A stretch of 64,000 nucleotides of DNA from Lama glama (GCA_028534125.1 CM052817.1:11844001-11908000), one strand, 5' to 3'; shown: positions 38,101 through 50,469, numbered from the stretch's first letter. The notes: generated by a model from the letters alone, not told the origin. Numbers and translations are program-made.

Positions 38101-38807
38101 TAAATTTTTCTGTAAATCTAAAACTGTCCCCCAAAATAAAGTAGTTCTTAAAAAAATAATTAAAGGATTAAATAATGTTCCATGATATCACTAATTATAA
38201 TAAAGTTGGGATGGGCTGCATTAATACTAGACAGTAAATTTCTGGACACTATTGTCAGAGATAAAGAATGACATTTTATAATGTTAAAAAGATGGATTCA
38301 TTATGAAGACAAAGCCAATCTAAAAGGGGATGTATCTCACAGCAGATACTCAAAATACATGAAGCAAAAATTAGCAGAAATAGACATTGAGAATAATAGA
38401 GAATAGAGAAACAGAAATAGAGAAAGGAGAAGTTTACAAATACAGTTGAAAATTTCAACACTCCTCTTTCACTAACTGATGCAGTAGCAGTCAGAAAACC
38501 AATAGGGATATAGACGACACTATTAACCAACTTGACCTAATTGATATTCATAGAACTCACCACGCATCTGCTGGAGAATTCACCAGTGTAAACCTTATTT
38601 TGTACCATGAAACAGGTCTCAGTTCTTTGGCCCACAGTGGAACTGACTTAGAAATCAGCAATAGAAAAATATGTGGAAAATTCCTACATATCTGGAAATT
38701 AAACAGAATGCTTCTAAATAACTCATGGATCAAAGAAGTCACGAGAGAAATAAAAAATATTTAACTGAAATAAAATAAAATAAAAACATGAAAAATGCAG
38801 GATGCAG

Positions 38808-39198
38808 TATTTTAATCTCATTGGCTGCTATAACAAAACACCATGCACCGGGTGGCTTAAATGGCAGAGATTGATTTCTCACAGTTCTGGAGGCTGGGAA
38901 GTCCAAGATCAAGGTGCCGGCCAATTCAGTTCCTGGTGAGAACTTTATTTCTAGCTTGCAGAAAGCCAAATGCTTGCCTTGTCCTCACATGGCCTTTCTT
39001 TGGTGGATGCAGGAGGGAAGTGAGAGCGAGAGATCTCTTTTCTCTTCTTAAAAAGCCACTGATTCCAACATGAGGGCCCAATGCTCATGACCTAATATAA
39101 CCCTAATCGTCTTGCAGAGATCTCACCCTTAAGTACCATTTTATTGGGGGTTAGATCTTCAATATATGAATTTAGGGGGGCACACTCAGTCCATTAAA
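38808..39198 (-). mobile_element. MaLR solo LTR (MLT1A-like) with 5-bp TSD
   Basis: ggctgctataacaaaacaccat…cacagttctggaggctgggaagtccaagatcaagg…tatgaatttagggggcacactcagtccat; TSD TGCAG at 38803-38807 and 39199-39203. Confidence 0.9.
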
Positions 39199-39227
39199 TG
39201 CAGCCAAAATATTGCTTAGTTCTCAGA

Positions 39228-40010
39228 AAAAAAATTTCTCCAGAATTTGTCATTGTCTCATACTGGAACTCTGTTCACTCACTGAACAACAATTCCCCAT
39301 CCCCCCCCACCAAGTCCCTGGTGACCACTGTTCTACTTTCTGTCTCTAAGAATTTGACTGTTTTATGTACCTCATGTAAGTGGAATCATACACGGTCTGT
39401 CCTATCATATCTGGCTTATTTCATTTAGCATAATGTCTTCAGGGCTCATCCATGTTATGTCAGAATCCCATTCATTTTTAAGGCTGAACAATGTTTCATT
39501 GCATGTATATATCATATTTTGTTAATCATTTCATATATCAGTAGACATTTGGGTTATGTCCACTTTTTGGCTATTGTGAATAATGCTACTACGAACACTT
39601 ACATACAAATATCTGTTTGAGTTTGATTTCGGTTCTTTGGGGTATACGCCCAGAGATGGAATTGCTGGATCATATGTTTCATATGTTTAATTTTTTGAGG
39701 ATACATTTAATTTTTTGAGAAACTACCATACTGTTTCCCATAGTGACTGCAACATTTTACATTCCCACTAGCTGTGTACCAGGGTCCCAATTATTGCTAA
39801 CATTTGTTGTTTTTTAGTTTGTAATTTTTTTTGATAATTTGATAATAGCCACCGTAATGGGTATGAAGCAATATCTGATTGGGGTTTTGATTTGCGTTTC
39901 TATAATGATTAGTGATTTTGAGCATAATTTCATGTGTTTATTGGCCGTTTATTTGTATGTCTTCTTTGGAGAAATGTTTATTCAAGTCTTTTGCTCATTT
40001 TTGAATTTTT
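39228..40010 (-). mobile_element. L1MA/MB ORF2 C-terminus and 3'UTR, antisense
   Basis: ccactgttctactttctgtctcta…agtggaatcatac…tggaattgctggatcatatg…ttttgatttgcgtttctataatgattagtgat…ctttggagaaatgtttattcaagtc. Confidence 0.9.
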
Positions 40011-40081
40011 AAACTCTCAGATTAGAAGTAAGAAAGGTATATAATCAATGATCTTAAATGATCTTAAGAAACTGTGGAAAA

Positions 40082-40290
40082 GATTAGACACTATATAAAA
40101 ATAGATGAAAACAAGCAAAAAAACAAATTTCTTCTGTATAGTGCAGGGAATTATATTCAATGTCTTATAGTAACCTTTAATGAAAAAGAATATTAAAATG
40201 AATATATGTGTGTATATGCATGACTGGGACATTGTGCTGTACACCAGAAATTGACACATTGTAACAGACTGTACTTTAATTTTAAAAAAG
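40082..40290 (+). mobile_element. Camelid-type L1 3' terminus with A-tail
   Basis: aaatttcttctgtatagtgcagggaattatattcaa…gcatgactgggacattgtgctgtacaccagaaattgacacattgtaacagactgtactttaattttaaaaaa. Confidence 0.85.
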
Positions 40291-40584
40291 CTGGAAAAAG
40301 AGCAAAGTAAACTCAAAATTAAGTATATGGAGGGAAATAATAAGGACAAGCATGTATATCAATAAAATAAAAACCACAAAAATAGAGAAAATTTATTAAA
40401 ATGCTAATCAATTAGCAAATCTTATTGATTCCCACCTCCTGAATATTTCTTCAGTCTATTAACTCTTCCAGAGTCTAGGTTCTTAAATACCGTATTACAA
40501 AGCCCTGTGTAGTTACTTAACCTGTTGTCCAAAATTGAGGAGAAGGATGGACCATGTTGTTTTCATCTTGGTATCTCTAGTGTA

Positions 40585-40735
40585 ATCTTGTTTATCTATT
40601 CTACATATGCCTGTCAGTATCTACAAATTTTGAACTCCCAGTCTATCTCTTCCCACCCCCCTCCCCTTTGGCAACCACAAGTTTGTATTCTATGTCTATG
40701 AGTCTGTTTCTGTTTTGTATTTATGTTTTTTTTTT
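40585..40735 (-). mobile_element. Camelid-type L1 3'UTR fragment running into the gap
   Basis: gaactcccagtctatctcttcccaccccctcccctttggcaaccacaagtttgtattctatgtctatgagtctgtttctg. Confidence 0.8.
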
Positions 40736-41235
40736 NNNNNNNNNNNNNNNNNNNNNNNNNNNNNNNNNNNNNNNNNNNNNNNNNNNNNNNNNNNNNNNNN
40801 NNNNNNNNNNNNNNNNNNNNNNNNNNNNNNNNNNNNNNNNNNNNNNNNNNNNNNNNNNNNNNNNNNNNNNNNNNNNNNNNNNNNNNNNNNNNNNNNNNNN
40901 NNNNNNNNNNNNNNNNNNNNNNNNNNNNNNNNNNNNNNNNNNNNNNNNNNNNNNNNNNNNNNNNNNNNNNNNNNNNNNNNNNNNNNNNNNNNNNNNNNNN
41001 NNNNNNNNNNNNNNNNNNNNNNNNNNNNNNNNNNNNNNNNNNNNNNNNNNNNNNNNNNNNNNNNNNNNNNNNNNNNNNNNNNNNNNNNNNNNNNNNNNNN
41101 NNNNNNNNNNNNNNNNNNNNNNNNNNNNNNNNNNNNNNNNNNNNNNNNNNNNNNNNNNNNNNNNNNNNNNNNNNNNNNNNNNNNNNNNNNNNNNNNNNNN
41201 NNNNNNNNNNNNNNNNNNNNNNNNNNNNNNNNNNN
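40736..41235. other. Assembly gap (500 N)
   Basis: Run of exactly 500 n; the round number suggests a placeholder size. Confidence 0.99.
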
Positions 41236-41499
41236 TTAACTAAAATAAGGACCCCCAAAGGAGGGAATTAACTGATTTCCATAGTCACCTCTGATTCTAG
41301 GACTGATTATCTGATTCTAGGATTTTCAAGTCTTTGCAAATGAAGCGTTACACATTTCATCTCCTTGAACTCACTTATTAGTTTTCACGTGGTGAACTTT
41401 GATCCTGTGTGAAGAAAGGGCCAGAAAGAATAGAAAGAAAAGAACCAAGGAGACAATGGGATGTGATTAAAGATGCAAAGATTTGGGGGGGGCTCTTCA

Positions 41500-41660
41500 T
41501 TGCATGGTTCAAATGCCACCTTGATCCTTACCAGTTGGGTAGCTCTTGGCAGGATACAGGACCCTCAGGGATGAGAACGGCATCTTTGCTATGAGGGAGC
41601 GCTGTGAGGATTGGATGATAAAATCTGAGTAAGGAATCTGGCACAGTGGCTGGCCTAGAG
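41500..41660 (+). mobile_element. MIR SINE
   Basis: tggttcaaatgccaccttg…gctgtgaggattggatgataaa…tctggcacagtggctggcctagagtag. Confidence 0.55.
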
Positions 41661-41689
41661 TAGTTCTCATAGAGATTTTAGATAAGCCT

Positions 41690-41870
41690 ACCACTGTGCT
41701 AAGAACATTTTGTGCAAAAATTTTAACTTATTCAATTTTTCCAGCAAACCTTTGAGTGTTATCATTATCCCAGTTCTACAAAGTGGGAAATGAAACACTG
41801 AAAGTAGCCTATGATCCCACTGTAAGTCAGTGGCAGCACTGAGGTGAGAACATGGTTCAAGTCTCTGCTC
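41690..41870 (-). mobile_element. MIR SINE
   Basis: cactgtgctaagaacatttt…attatcccagttctacaaagtgggaaatga…gtaagtcagtggcagc. Confidence 0.6.
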
Positions 41871-43464
41871 TTCACCACTTGGGACGTGCCCTCTTGATGT
41901 AAGTCGTGTGTGTGTGAATCCTCTATTTGCTAAGCCTGCAAGCCCTTGCAACTCCTGCATTTTACAGCTGAGGAAACTGAGACCCAGAGCAGTAAATGGC
42001 TTTCCCGTGTCATAAAATAAATGAATGCCAAAACCTGCATTAAATTTCTGGGTCTCATTTTATTCGCAAGTAGAAGGGTCTTCTAGTGTCTCACTTCGGA
42101 ACATTCTAGATTTGCCCTCAAGCTTTTGGGTGAACTTCAAGTCTTGTAAAGTGACAAGAGGCTTTTATCTGTATTGCATCATCCCTTTCAAACAATTTTT
42201 AAAAACTTGTCCTATAGGTCAGAGATAATCATTTCAAGGGCTATAATTATGAACCTTGGTGGATTTTCATAATGGTACTCCAAGTGAGTTATATTTATTT
42301 TATTTTTAAATGTGGAAGAAAGCATAAAGAAAAGCAAAAACTGAGCAAACAAAAAATTCAAAGAAAATGTCTACACATACAAATTGGTTCAAGTTTACTT
42401 AAGGCTTAATTCACCTGGCCTGACTTGAATTTCTAGCTCAGCTCAATCAATGCAAACAGTACCATGCTTCAGATGCCAAAATGGATTCATTTCCAGTGTG
42501 GATAAAGCAACACCTACAACACTGATCATGGTTTTCCAATTGACCAAAGTGATAATATCAGAAGTTTGTTCCAGTGAAGGAAACCTTCCCCAGCAGACTT
42601 AGCTGATAAGATTTGATGAGGAAATGAGGAATAAGTTGAGTACCTGGAACTTAGGTTCTAAGGGTGTTGTCTACTAGCAGTTAACTGTGGGAGGTCTTCA
42701 CAATCATTACTTTCTTTGTTGCATGCTGTAGTTATGGAACTCCCGCGATTTTTTTCTGGGTGCTCTTCAAACTGTTGTTACACTGACCCTGACAAAATAT
42801 TACCACATATCAGGTTAGTGGGATGGCATCACAAGAATTTGATAATTCTTTCCTTGCGTGGCTTTGGCCATATCTTGAAATTAATCTAAAGTCCAAGAGT
42901 TGGAAAGGACAACTCTGTATCTCATAAGACTCCTTTAAATAGCATTTGTAATGACTACTCATTTCCTACTTGATTTCTTCCAGAGACAGGGAACTCATCA
43001 CATCTTCACCATCATTATGATCACCTAATAAATCTTGTGTATTGACAACTCACTATGGACTGAGTGCTCTCCACATGTGCCCTCTTTAGCCCTTTCAACA
43101 ACTTTGTGGAGTTATTTTCATCCAGATTTTACAAAAGAGAAAATGAAGGCTCAAAAAAAAAATAGCTCACAGTTTCACAGTAGTGGAGATAAAGTTGAAC
43201 CCAACTCTGTATTGGTTCTGAGATAAGACTCTAGTCAATTTCTCCCTGCTAATTGAAAAGCCACTGTTACCAGGTTGTATCATTTCCACCAAAGGAATCA
43301 AAAAGAAGTTTTATTTCTTCCTCCATATCTCAATGCTTCAGTGCTGATTTACCCAATTTCTTTATCATCCCATGCTGGGAATACAGTGACTTTTCTGGGT
43401 CTTGAAATTTTTATGATTGTAATTAGTGAGTCTATTACAACACTATTTTCCGTTCTGTTTTAGA

Positions 43465-43645
43465 GATGTGGTGGAGTGCACTGGCTAAGAGCACAGACTG
43501 TGGTGTCATGCTGCATGTGTTCAAAGTTAAGTTCCCCAACCAACTAGCTGTATGATGCTGGGCCAATAACTTAACCTGTCTGTTTCCTCATCTGTAAAAT
43601 GGGGTTTTTGTGAAGACTTAAAGGGCTAATTGGTATAAAACACTT
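43465..43645 (+). mobile_element. MIR SINE
   Basis: ggctaagagcacagactgtgg…actagctgtatgatgctgggc…tgtttcctcatctgtaaaatgggg. Confidence 0.8.
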
Positions 43646-43648
43646 ACT

Positions 43649-43818
43649 TAAATACTGGATACCCAGTTAAATTTGAATTTCAGATAAACAATTAGTCTTT
43701 TAGAACAAATATGTCTCAAATAAGACATGGGATGTACTTAAAGTTAAATGATACATTATTCATCTGAAATTCAAAGTTACCTGGGCATCCTGTCTTTTTG
43801 TTTGTGAAATCTGGCAAT
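43649..43818. mobile_element. MER53 (hAT-type MITE), near-palindromic
   Basis: ggatacccagttaaatttgaatttcagataaac … ttcatctgaaattcaaagttacctgggcatcc are inverted arms; ends aaatctggcaa. Confidence 0.85.
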
Positions 43819-44399
43819 TTACTATGTCTCACCCCAAATTGTACTGACTGGACCTAAATGTGTCTGCCTCCATCACCATAAAGTTGAAATTCTCCGCACA
43901 CAGTAGGTGCTCAAGAGATGTTTGCTAAATTTTGTTTTATTTGAAAGAGATTGATAGAAATCACAAAATGATAAGCAAATACAGGGAAAGTAACACTGAA
44001 AATGAAAACCTGAGGACTCCGTTTTCCTTAGACAATGATGCTGGTCTCCTGACGGATGGAGAGCTGTGTGTATCAGTTCTTCCAAGGGGATGAGCCATGT
44101 GAGTTCAGTTTATCCTGTATTCTGAAAGAACAAATTGCACATGAAGAGAAATTGGGATACAGCACTGTGGCCTCTGGAAAGGCTGGCTCTTCTTGGCAGG
44201 TGCTGTGCTGCTGTAACTCTAGGGAGCACATTGCCTTTTCTGTTCAGTAGGACTTGAGTCGTTCTTCAGTAAGCATCTCCAGGAGCCACAATCCCATGCT
44301 CTCACTTTCCCACAGTGCTCAGGTCTCTCCCATCAAGGCTTATTAGGACCAATGAGGGGGAATGTCATGTGGTTCTAAACCACTGGAGATCTTGCCTCA

Positions 44400-44660
44400 G
44401 TGCCTGAGGTGTGAAGTCCCAAGTCCTTAGCACAGTATTCCAGGCGATTGCTGCCGCTCCCATCCCAACACCTCTCATAATTCCCTGCATCCCAGCCACA
44501 CTGGGGACACGCGCTGCTCCTGAATAGCCTTGTTCTCTCATACCTCCATGCCTTCACTTCTGCCTGAGACATTTTTCTCCTTACTTTGCTTCTAAGACAA
44601 ATCCTAAACCTCCTTATAAGTTACACTTGAAAAGTTTCCAGCCCTTTATGAAGCCTGTGC
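44400..44660 (+). mobile_element. L2 fragment
   Basis: aagtcccaagtccttagcacagtattccagg…ccagccacactgg…cctccatgccttc…tctgcctgaga. Confidence 0.6.
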
Positions 44661-46439
44661 CAGCTTTCCATCATACTTCCAAAATCCTAGCACATTTCTA
44701 CCCTTGCTTCTGCCCAGAGGGGGAAGAAAATGACTCCCTCTTATGGGCTGCATAGGAGTCGGTGATCTTTATGTGCTGGGGATTGCGTTCAGCCATGAAT
44801 TACAGTAACTTGCCAAAAACAGCTCAAACCAATTGCTAGTTTTATTTTTCTACTTACATGTGTTGTCTGGAGGTTGGCATTTCAGGGCTAACGTGGTGGT
44901 TCTGCCAGACTAGACTCTTTCTAGTTTTCTGATGAGCTATCCATAATGCTGTATCCTGACCCAGGAAATGTTTATTTCTGAGAGATCTTCAAGGGCAGGG
45001 GCTACATCAGTAATTCCTCTGACATTTTTTTAATTGTTCACATCCTTGTGACTATACAATAAATGCTTATCAAATGAATGACAAATAAATGCATCAGTAA
45101 TGAGATAATCTCTCACTTGGAGACAAAGCAAAATGCATATTTGATCATCATAAACACAACCTCAGAGCCTAATCTATAGAATTTAAGAACATTCAGTCAT
45201 CTCTATTTGCTTCAGATATCATGCTTTGATTTATCTGAGAAAACACCTGTTTTTCAGGGTCTCAATGCCTTGATCTGAAAAACTAAACTTAGAATGTAGG
45301 CAGGCTCTAAATTAGAGTGTAATAATGTACTCTTAAAAACATATAAAGTGTAATGTGCTTCTTATGGAAAAAATGTTATAATAACATATTTTCAACCAAG
45401 GATCTGTCAACAAATAAAGCACAGAAATGATTAGTATGTCATAAAAACACAAAGCCACAACAATAATTTTAAAGTGTAAAATTACGCCTTGTGTCCTAGA
45501 AAATGAACATACACTTACAGTAAATATTTATGAAACGAGAGGTCCTAATGTACTATAAATTGTGTATATTACACATAAAATGCAACTCTATTGTGCCATA
45601 AATGTGACTTAAAACTAACATGCTAGCGATAATAATGCTTTAAAGGTTTGGACCAGATCTCATTGATCTTGTAACCTCAGGGCTCACCACAATCCCTACT
45701 GCATGGAAGAAACTCAAAACAAATGCTTGTGAATGTAATTAAACAGAATCTGTGTAGAGCTCGTAAAGCACTCTCACATCCGTTGTCTTTTTACTCTGTC
45801 AATAATCGCCCTGTGTGTTCAGTAGCTCGAGTTTCCCACTTACAGATAAACTGAGGCTCATAACAATCTAACTGGCTTGTTTTCTCAAGGTTGGGAAGTT
45901 AAGTTGTGGTGCTAAATCTCTAACCAAGTTTGCCAACTACGTGCAAAGTGTTTGATGTTGCTTCATACAAACATCTATGATTCGTGTGACTCAGGTCTGC
46001 AGAGAGAAGCTTGAAAAAACACGTCCTTTTTCTCTTAATATGTTTTCTTGGGGTTTAATAGAGGCACTCAAAACCATTTTAATTATTTCAGTTCTGTTAT
46101 CTTAGTTCTGTTCATCTTAATGTAGAATAATACATGAGAAGAATAAATTCACTATTGAGGAGTATGATGGAAACGGTGGTTTTTCAATAAATGCTAGTTT
46201 TGACAGGGAAGTCTGGCCTAAAATTTATCCCTGGTTCTTCTTCTACACCAGTTGTTTTTATTAAGAACGAGTTTGCTATCAGGACAAAAGGCTACTATGT
46301 AACATTAAGCAATGACTTTACTCCACTTGGCCTTTGTGTATGGGACTCAAAGCACTTCTCATTTCATGGAAAACTAGACACAGCAGTTACCACTGAATGG
46401 GCTTATAATTTTATATAGCATTCCAACACATCTGTCAAG

Positions 46440-46650
46440 GATTATTTTGTAGTTGGCTTTGTTTCTTTGGTAACCATGTAAGTTTAAAAAGCTAAAGCTC
46501 TGAACTATTCTTAGAAACAATGATCAGTACATATACGTGAACTAAAAAATGTGCAGTTTATTGTATATATGTATTTACCTGCAATGTATTGTATATGGGT
46601 AGTTAAATTGTAACAATTCTACCTAATAAAACTGAAAGATGAAAAAAAAG
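46440..46650 (+). mobile_element. 5'-truncated L1-type 3' terminus with polyA signal and A-tail
   Basis: Near-identical to 25050-25169 (tgtaagtttaaaaagctaaagctc…cttagaaacaatga.cagtacatata); ends aataaaactgaaagatgaaaaaaaag. Confidence 0.7.
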
Positions 46651-46719
46651 AAAAGGATTGCTGAAGCTGGGAGGCACTGGTATGCCCAGAGAGTGTCCTC
46701 TATTGGACAGAGGGTGTGT

Positions 46720-46970
46720 TGCAGTGTGCAAAACCATGACTTTATGACATCAGACTGTGGGTTTCAGCCCCTTCTCTGCTTCTTTCTCGAAGAGTAATCT
46801 TGGAAAGTTACTGAACGCTCTGTGTTATAGTTTTCTTGTCTATGTGGTGGTGAAGATAGTACATACTTCATATGTTGTTGTGAAGGTTAAATGTATAAAC
46901 ATATGTAAAGCGTTGATAACAGTGCTTGGCAGGAAGCAAGCATTTAATGGATGGTAGCAAGTACTATTGC
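46720..46970 (+). mobile_element. MIR SINE
   Basis: tcttggaaagttactgaacgctctgtg…gttgttgtgaaggttaaatg…atatgtaaagcgttgataacagtgcttggca. Confidence 0.75.
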
Positions 46971-48346
46971 TGGTTTTATATTTTTGAACGATGGAGGGAA
47001 CTTTTCACTGTCTACCTAAGATGTACTGACAGTGAAGACACCAGATAATTCTGCTTACTATGATGTTAGTAAAATACAAATTAATAGTATCTGCCTATAG
47101 ATTGAATGACTGTCATGCACAATAAAGTGCTAGTTCTCTTTACAAGAATTCTGAAATTCACAATTGGAGTCAAAGCTATGCTCACCACCAGGTTGTAGAC
47201 TTTAAGAAGGAGGAGGTCCTCTCTGTTTAATCATATCTGCTTCTCAAACAATTGGCACATTGGAGGTGTTCAATAAATCTTTCTGCAACAAGTGAGTAAA
47301 TAAATAGATAAAAGAATTAATAGCATTTCCAGAAGTATGACTTCTGACTAAGTTACCCTAAAGCTACCTAAAATGTTGAGTAGTCCTTGTAGAAGTTGGC
47401 CATCTTGATTTTCCCACAGGATGTGTTAACTTGACATGTAGGCGTACGCTCAACTCATGAAATATAATTCTTTTGGAGTTTATAAAGATATAGATGTGGT
47501 ATAAATTTTATCAGTGCTAATTGTTAGTCTCCCAATAACTGCGATCCCAGTATCTCCACATCACCTCTGCTCTTTTAGTTACATAAATCATAATGGAAAA
47601 AAGAGGCTATAATTTAATGCATTTAAATTTTCCATGATGGAAAGGACATCTGTAACTGTTAAGCAGGAGCTAAATGTTAAAGAATGTGTTTGAATATGAT
47701 CTTTGCCAAGTGTGATGACTTTTCTGAGTAGAGAGTCTTCTTATTTTATGTTCTGTCTTTGAAGATTTTGCTACTGACCAACCATCAATTGTGTGTGGGG
47801 GTCATTTTGTGTGGTGCCCTTCTGTCTGGTTTACTGACTTTAGGGAAGATTAAAAAATGTTTATTCCCTTACTGAGGGCTTGATAAAGCTTGAGGACTAT
47901 TTTCATGACCTAGGGATTTTGAAACTTCTGTTAGAATATTGATACAAAGACAGGAACTACTATATTAGTTGAATCACATGTTGAAATGTGTAATTCTGTT
48001 TGTGTTGGCAGAGTCTGTGAACATAAGGTGCTCTCTGGCCTTCAAGTTTTATTTGCTTATTGGCTGTTGGAACTTGACACTTTACCACATAAACAATGCT
48101 AGCCCATGAGATGGAGAAACTGCCTCCCTTTTCACCTGAGCCCCACAACCTGTGCATTGTAACCACTGTTTCTGTGAAAAATCTTATTTCGAATTTCAGC
48201 TCTTCTTTGTACCTAATTCTGTGCTTAAAAGGAGGTATGTACTCATTAAAGGTTGCATGACCAAGTTATGTCGAGCAGAGTTCTCTGGAGCAGCCCTAGA
48301 ACTGGGGCTGTTACCTGTATCTGAACCTTTCTGTATTGCCTCAAAT

Positions 48347-49004
48347 GGTTGCCGATGGATGTAACCGGTGTTCCAGGTTCTTGTCCCATCCCAGAAAGAA
48401 TTCAGAGACAGGACGCAGTGGTTAAAAAAAGTAAAGTGAAAATTTATTAAAGGTTGGATAGTACACTCTCAAGGGGACAGCGGGCAGGCTCAGGTGAGCA
48501 GCTGTCCCGAGTTTCTTTGGCAAATTGGTTACATAGGGTGTAAAAATGAATGGGTGGAATATTCACTGGGGAGGGAAGGGTTTGGGGTCTTACTTCCTGA
48601 TTATCATTCCAACTCCACCTTCCTAAAGGGAGGAGGGATTCTTGTCCTTATTTAGTCTGAATCAGAAGTGTTACTGTGTCGGTGCATGATGGGTACGTCA
48701 ATCTGAAAGGCTAATTTTATGTAAATGAGGTCATAACAAGCAAAAGGTTACATCCAGACACTAGAAATTTCGGCCTTTTCCCACCTTTCTTTGTTAGCCT
48801 TTGGGCAGCTTATCACCCCCAAAGGTGTGACCACTTATCAGCCCAGAGATTCCTGCTTTTCTTTTTCTACCCAGGGACCCCTGGTTCTTATATGATGTAT
48901 GGTTTCCTGCATTGGGCCTGTGTCCCTCCTCTCTGCCCACTTCCTGCCATTTGGCCTGCATTCCCCTTTCTCTGCTCATATCTAGCTATCTGCCTGCTCT
49001 AACA
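48347..49004 (-). mobile_element. Relatively young ERV (class I-like) solo LTR
   Basis: gttgccgatgg…ccaggttcttgtc…aaagaattcagagac…tttattaa (AATAAA on minus)…ctgcctgctctaaca; flanking direct repeat AAAT(G) at 48343 and 49005; several CpGs retained. Confidence 0.75.
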
Positions 49005-49139
49005 AAATGCCAAGGGAAAACATTACATCAGCAGCAGAGAAGAGTGGGCAAGAAGAAGCCCCTAAATCCTAAGAATCTGTGAGCTGAAGGTAGGAGTGAA
49101 TTAGTCATATTCTCGTTAACGGAAGCTCCTCTTTATGAA

Positions 49140-49270
49140 ATACCCATTACATGCCAGGAACCGTGCAGGCCATCTTATACGTATCACCCAAATCTCAGAA
49201 GGCTCGTTTTATAAGTAAGGAGTCTGAGGCTGAGAGTACATAGCTTGTCCAGGATCACAGAGCAGCATGT
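49140..49270 (-). mobile_element. MIR SINE
   Basis: acatgccaggaaccgtgc…gttttataagtaaggagtctgaggctgagag…cttgtccaggatcacag. Confidence 0.7.
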
Positions 49271-50469
49271 GCCCAAACACGTCCTGCTGTCATTCTTTTC
49301 CTCTCCCTGTTCCAGCCTGGTCACTGGCGTGTCCCTGCAGAAGCGGCCAGGCACAGTCTTGCTGCTCTGTTGAGGCTTGGTAAGTTCAAAGGGGAAAAGA
49401 GAATTAGGAAGCCCATTGCCTGTGGGTTCAGGCCACACTAGTCTCACCCTCTTCTGCAGAAGCAAATGCTTTGTTCTCTGTCTGTGACTCCTGTGTCTAT
49501 TTCTAATTGTTTCTAAATTCAAAGAGGGAAGAATATACCTAATTATCAACCTGAAAAACCTGGTGTAAGCATGCTGTTGTGATGCTGTTTTATGTTTGTT
49601 TTTGTTTGGCTGGTGTTTGAGAGGTCTTTTGTGACTACAGGTCTCTCTGCAAACAATACATCAGCATGAAGATCAATTAAAATACAGGGAAAAAAAAAAA
49701 CCCTACACCAACCCTTACCCACGGGAACGGAGCCTCAGATCTCTCCACATAAGCCTGCCGTAAGCCACCTTGCAGTGCGCTGGCTGGAGAAAGTGACATT
49801 TACACAGAAATGCCCTGCAGGAGGAGGAAACATGAGTTGAAACAGAGCCACCATAAACATTGCGGTTCATAAACCTGAAAACAGGAAGGGTGACCTTTCC
49901 AAAGGCTAGAAGTGTACTTTTCAGCCTCTAAGATTCAAACCACTCTTGGTGTCAAAATGTCCTCAGCTCCAAGTTGCTGTTTTCAGAAACATGGCTGAGT
50001 TGAAAACTGTTGTAGCTGAAACTTCAGGTCTTCGAGTGAAACCAGTAGGGGATCTGGCCAGGGAAATGCTTCCCTGGGTGGGGCGTGGACTGGCCCGTGG
50101 GCCTTTCTGAACATCCTTTGCTGCGGTCTTTTCTTTTTGCAGCTGTCAGGTGGAGAACTGCAGGAATTCATATGCAGACCTTTTAACATATTCTCTCTAA
50201 AAGGCTCACTCAGTGTCAGTCTTCCGCTGGCCAAGTAAACCTTTCTAAATTACCACTTTTTTCAAGAGAAGATAGACCAGTAACAACTCAGTATTACTCA
50301 GGTTTCACAAGGTTTGGGTGCAGACTTGGTGTGTCAAGAGAAAGTTCAATGGAAATCCCAGGAGACTGGAGAAGTGAGGGGTGTCTCCAATGGCATGAGG
50401 GGCTCTTACGAGAAAGAGAGTGAGGTGGACACTCGGTCTCCATTCTGACGTGCTCAGATCCTTTGATCA

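Larger units (their letters stand above)
36900..40400 (+). mobile_element. Old L1M (5' region, ORF1, endonuclease) with several nested insertions
   Basis: gtctggcatccaatcaaaa…gtgacccataactaggag (ORF1 start); tgtcagagataaaga…gaaaatttcaacactcctctttc…caacttgacctaattgata…ggaaattaaacagaatgcttctaaataactcatggatcaaagaag (ORF2). Resumes at 39199-39225, about 40012-40080 and 40290-40400. Confidence 0.8.

Noticed and set aside
40614..41271. Four longest ORFs in the track (174-214 aa)
   Set aside because: Artefacts of translating the 500-N gap.
41290..41322. Short direct repeat ctgattctagga x2
   Set aside because: Only two units; a trivial local duplication, not an array or CRISPR.
41500..41870. Inverted MIR pair as a dsRNA hairpin
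   Set aside because: Copies too diverged for stable pairing, and the arrangement is common by chance at this MIR density.
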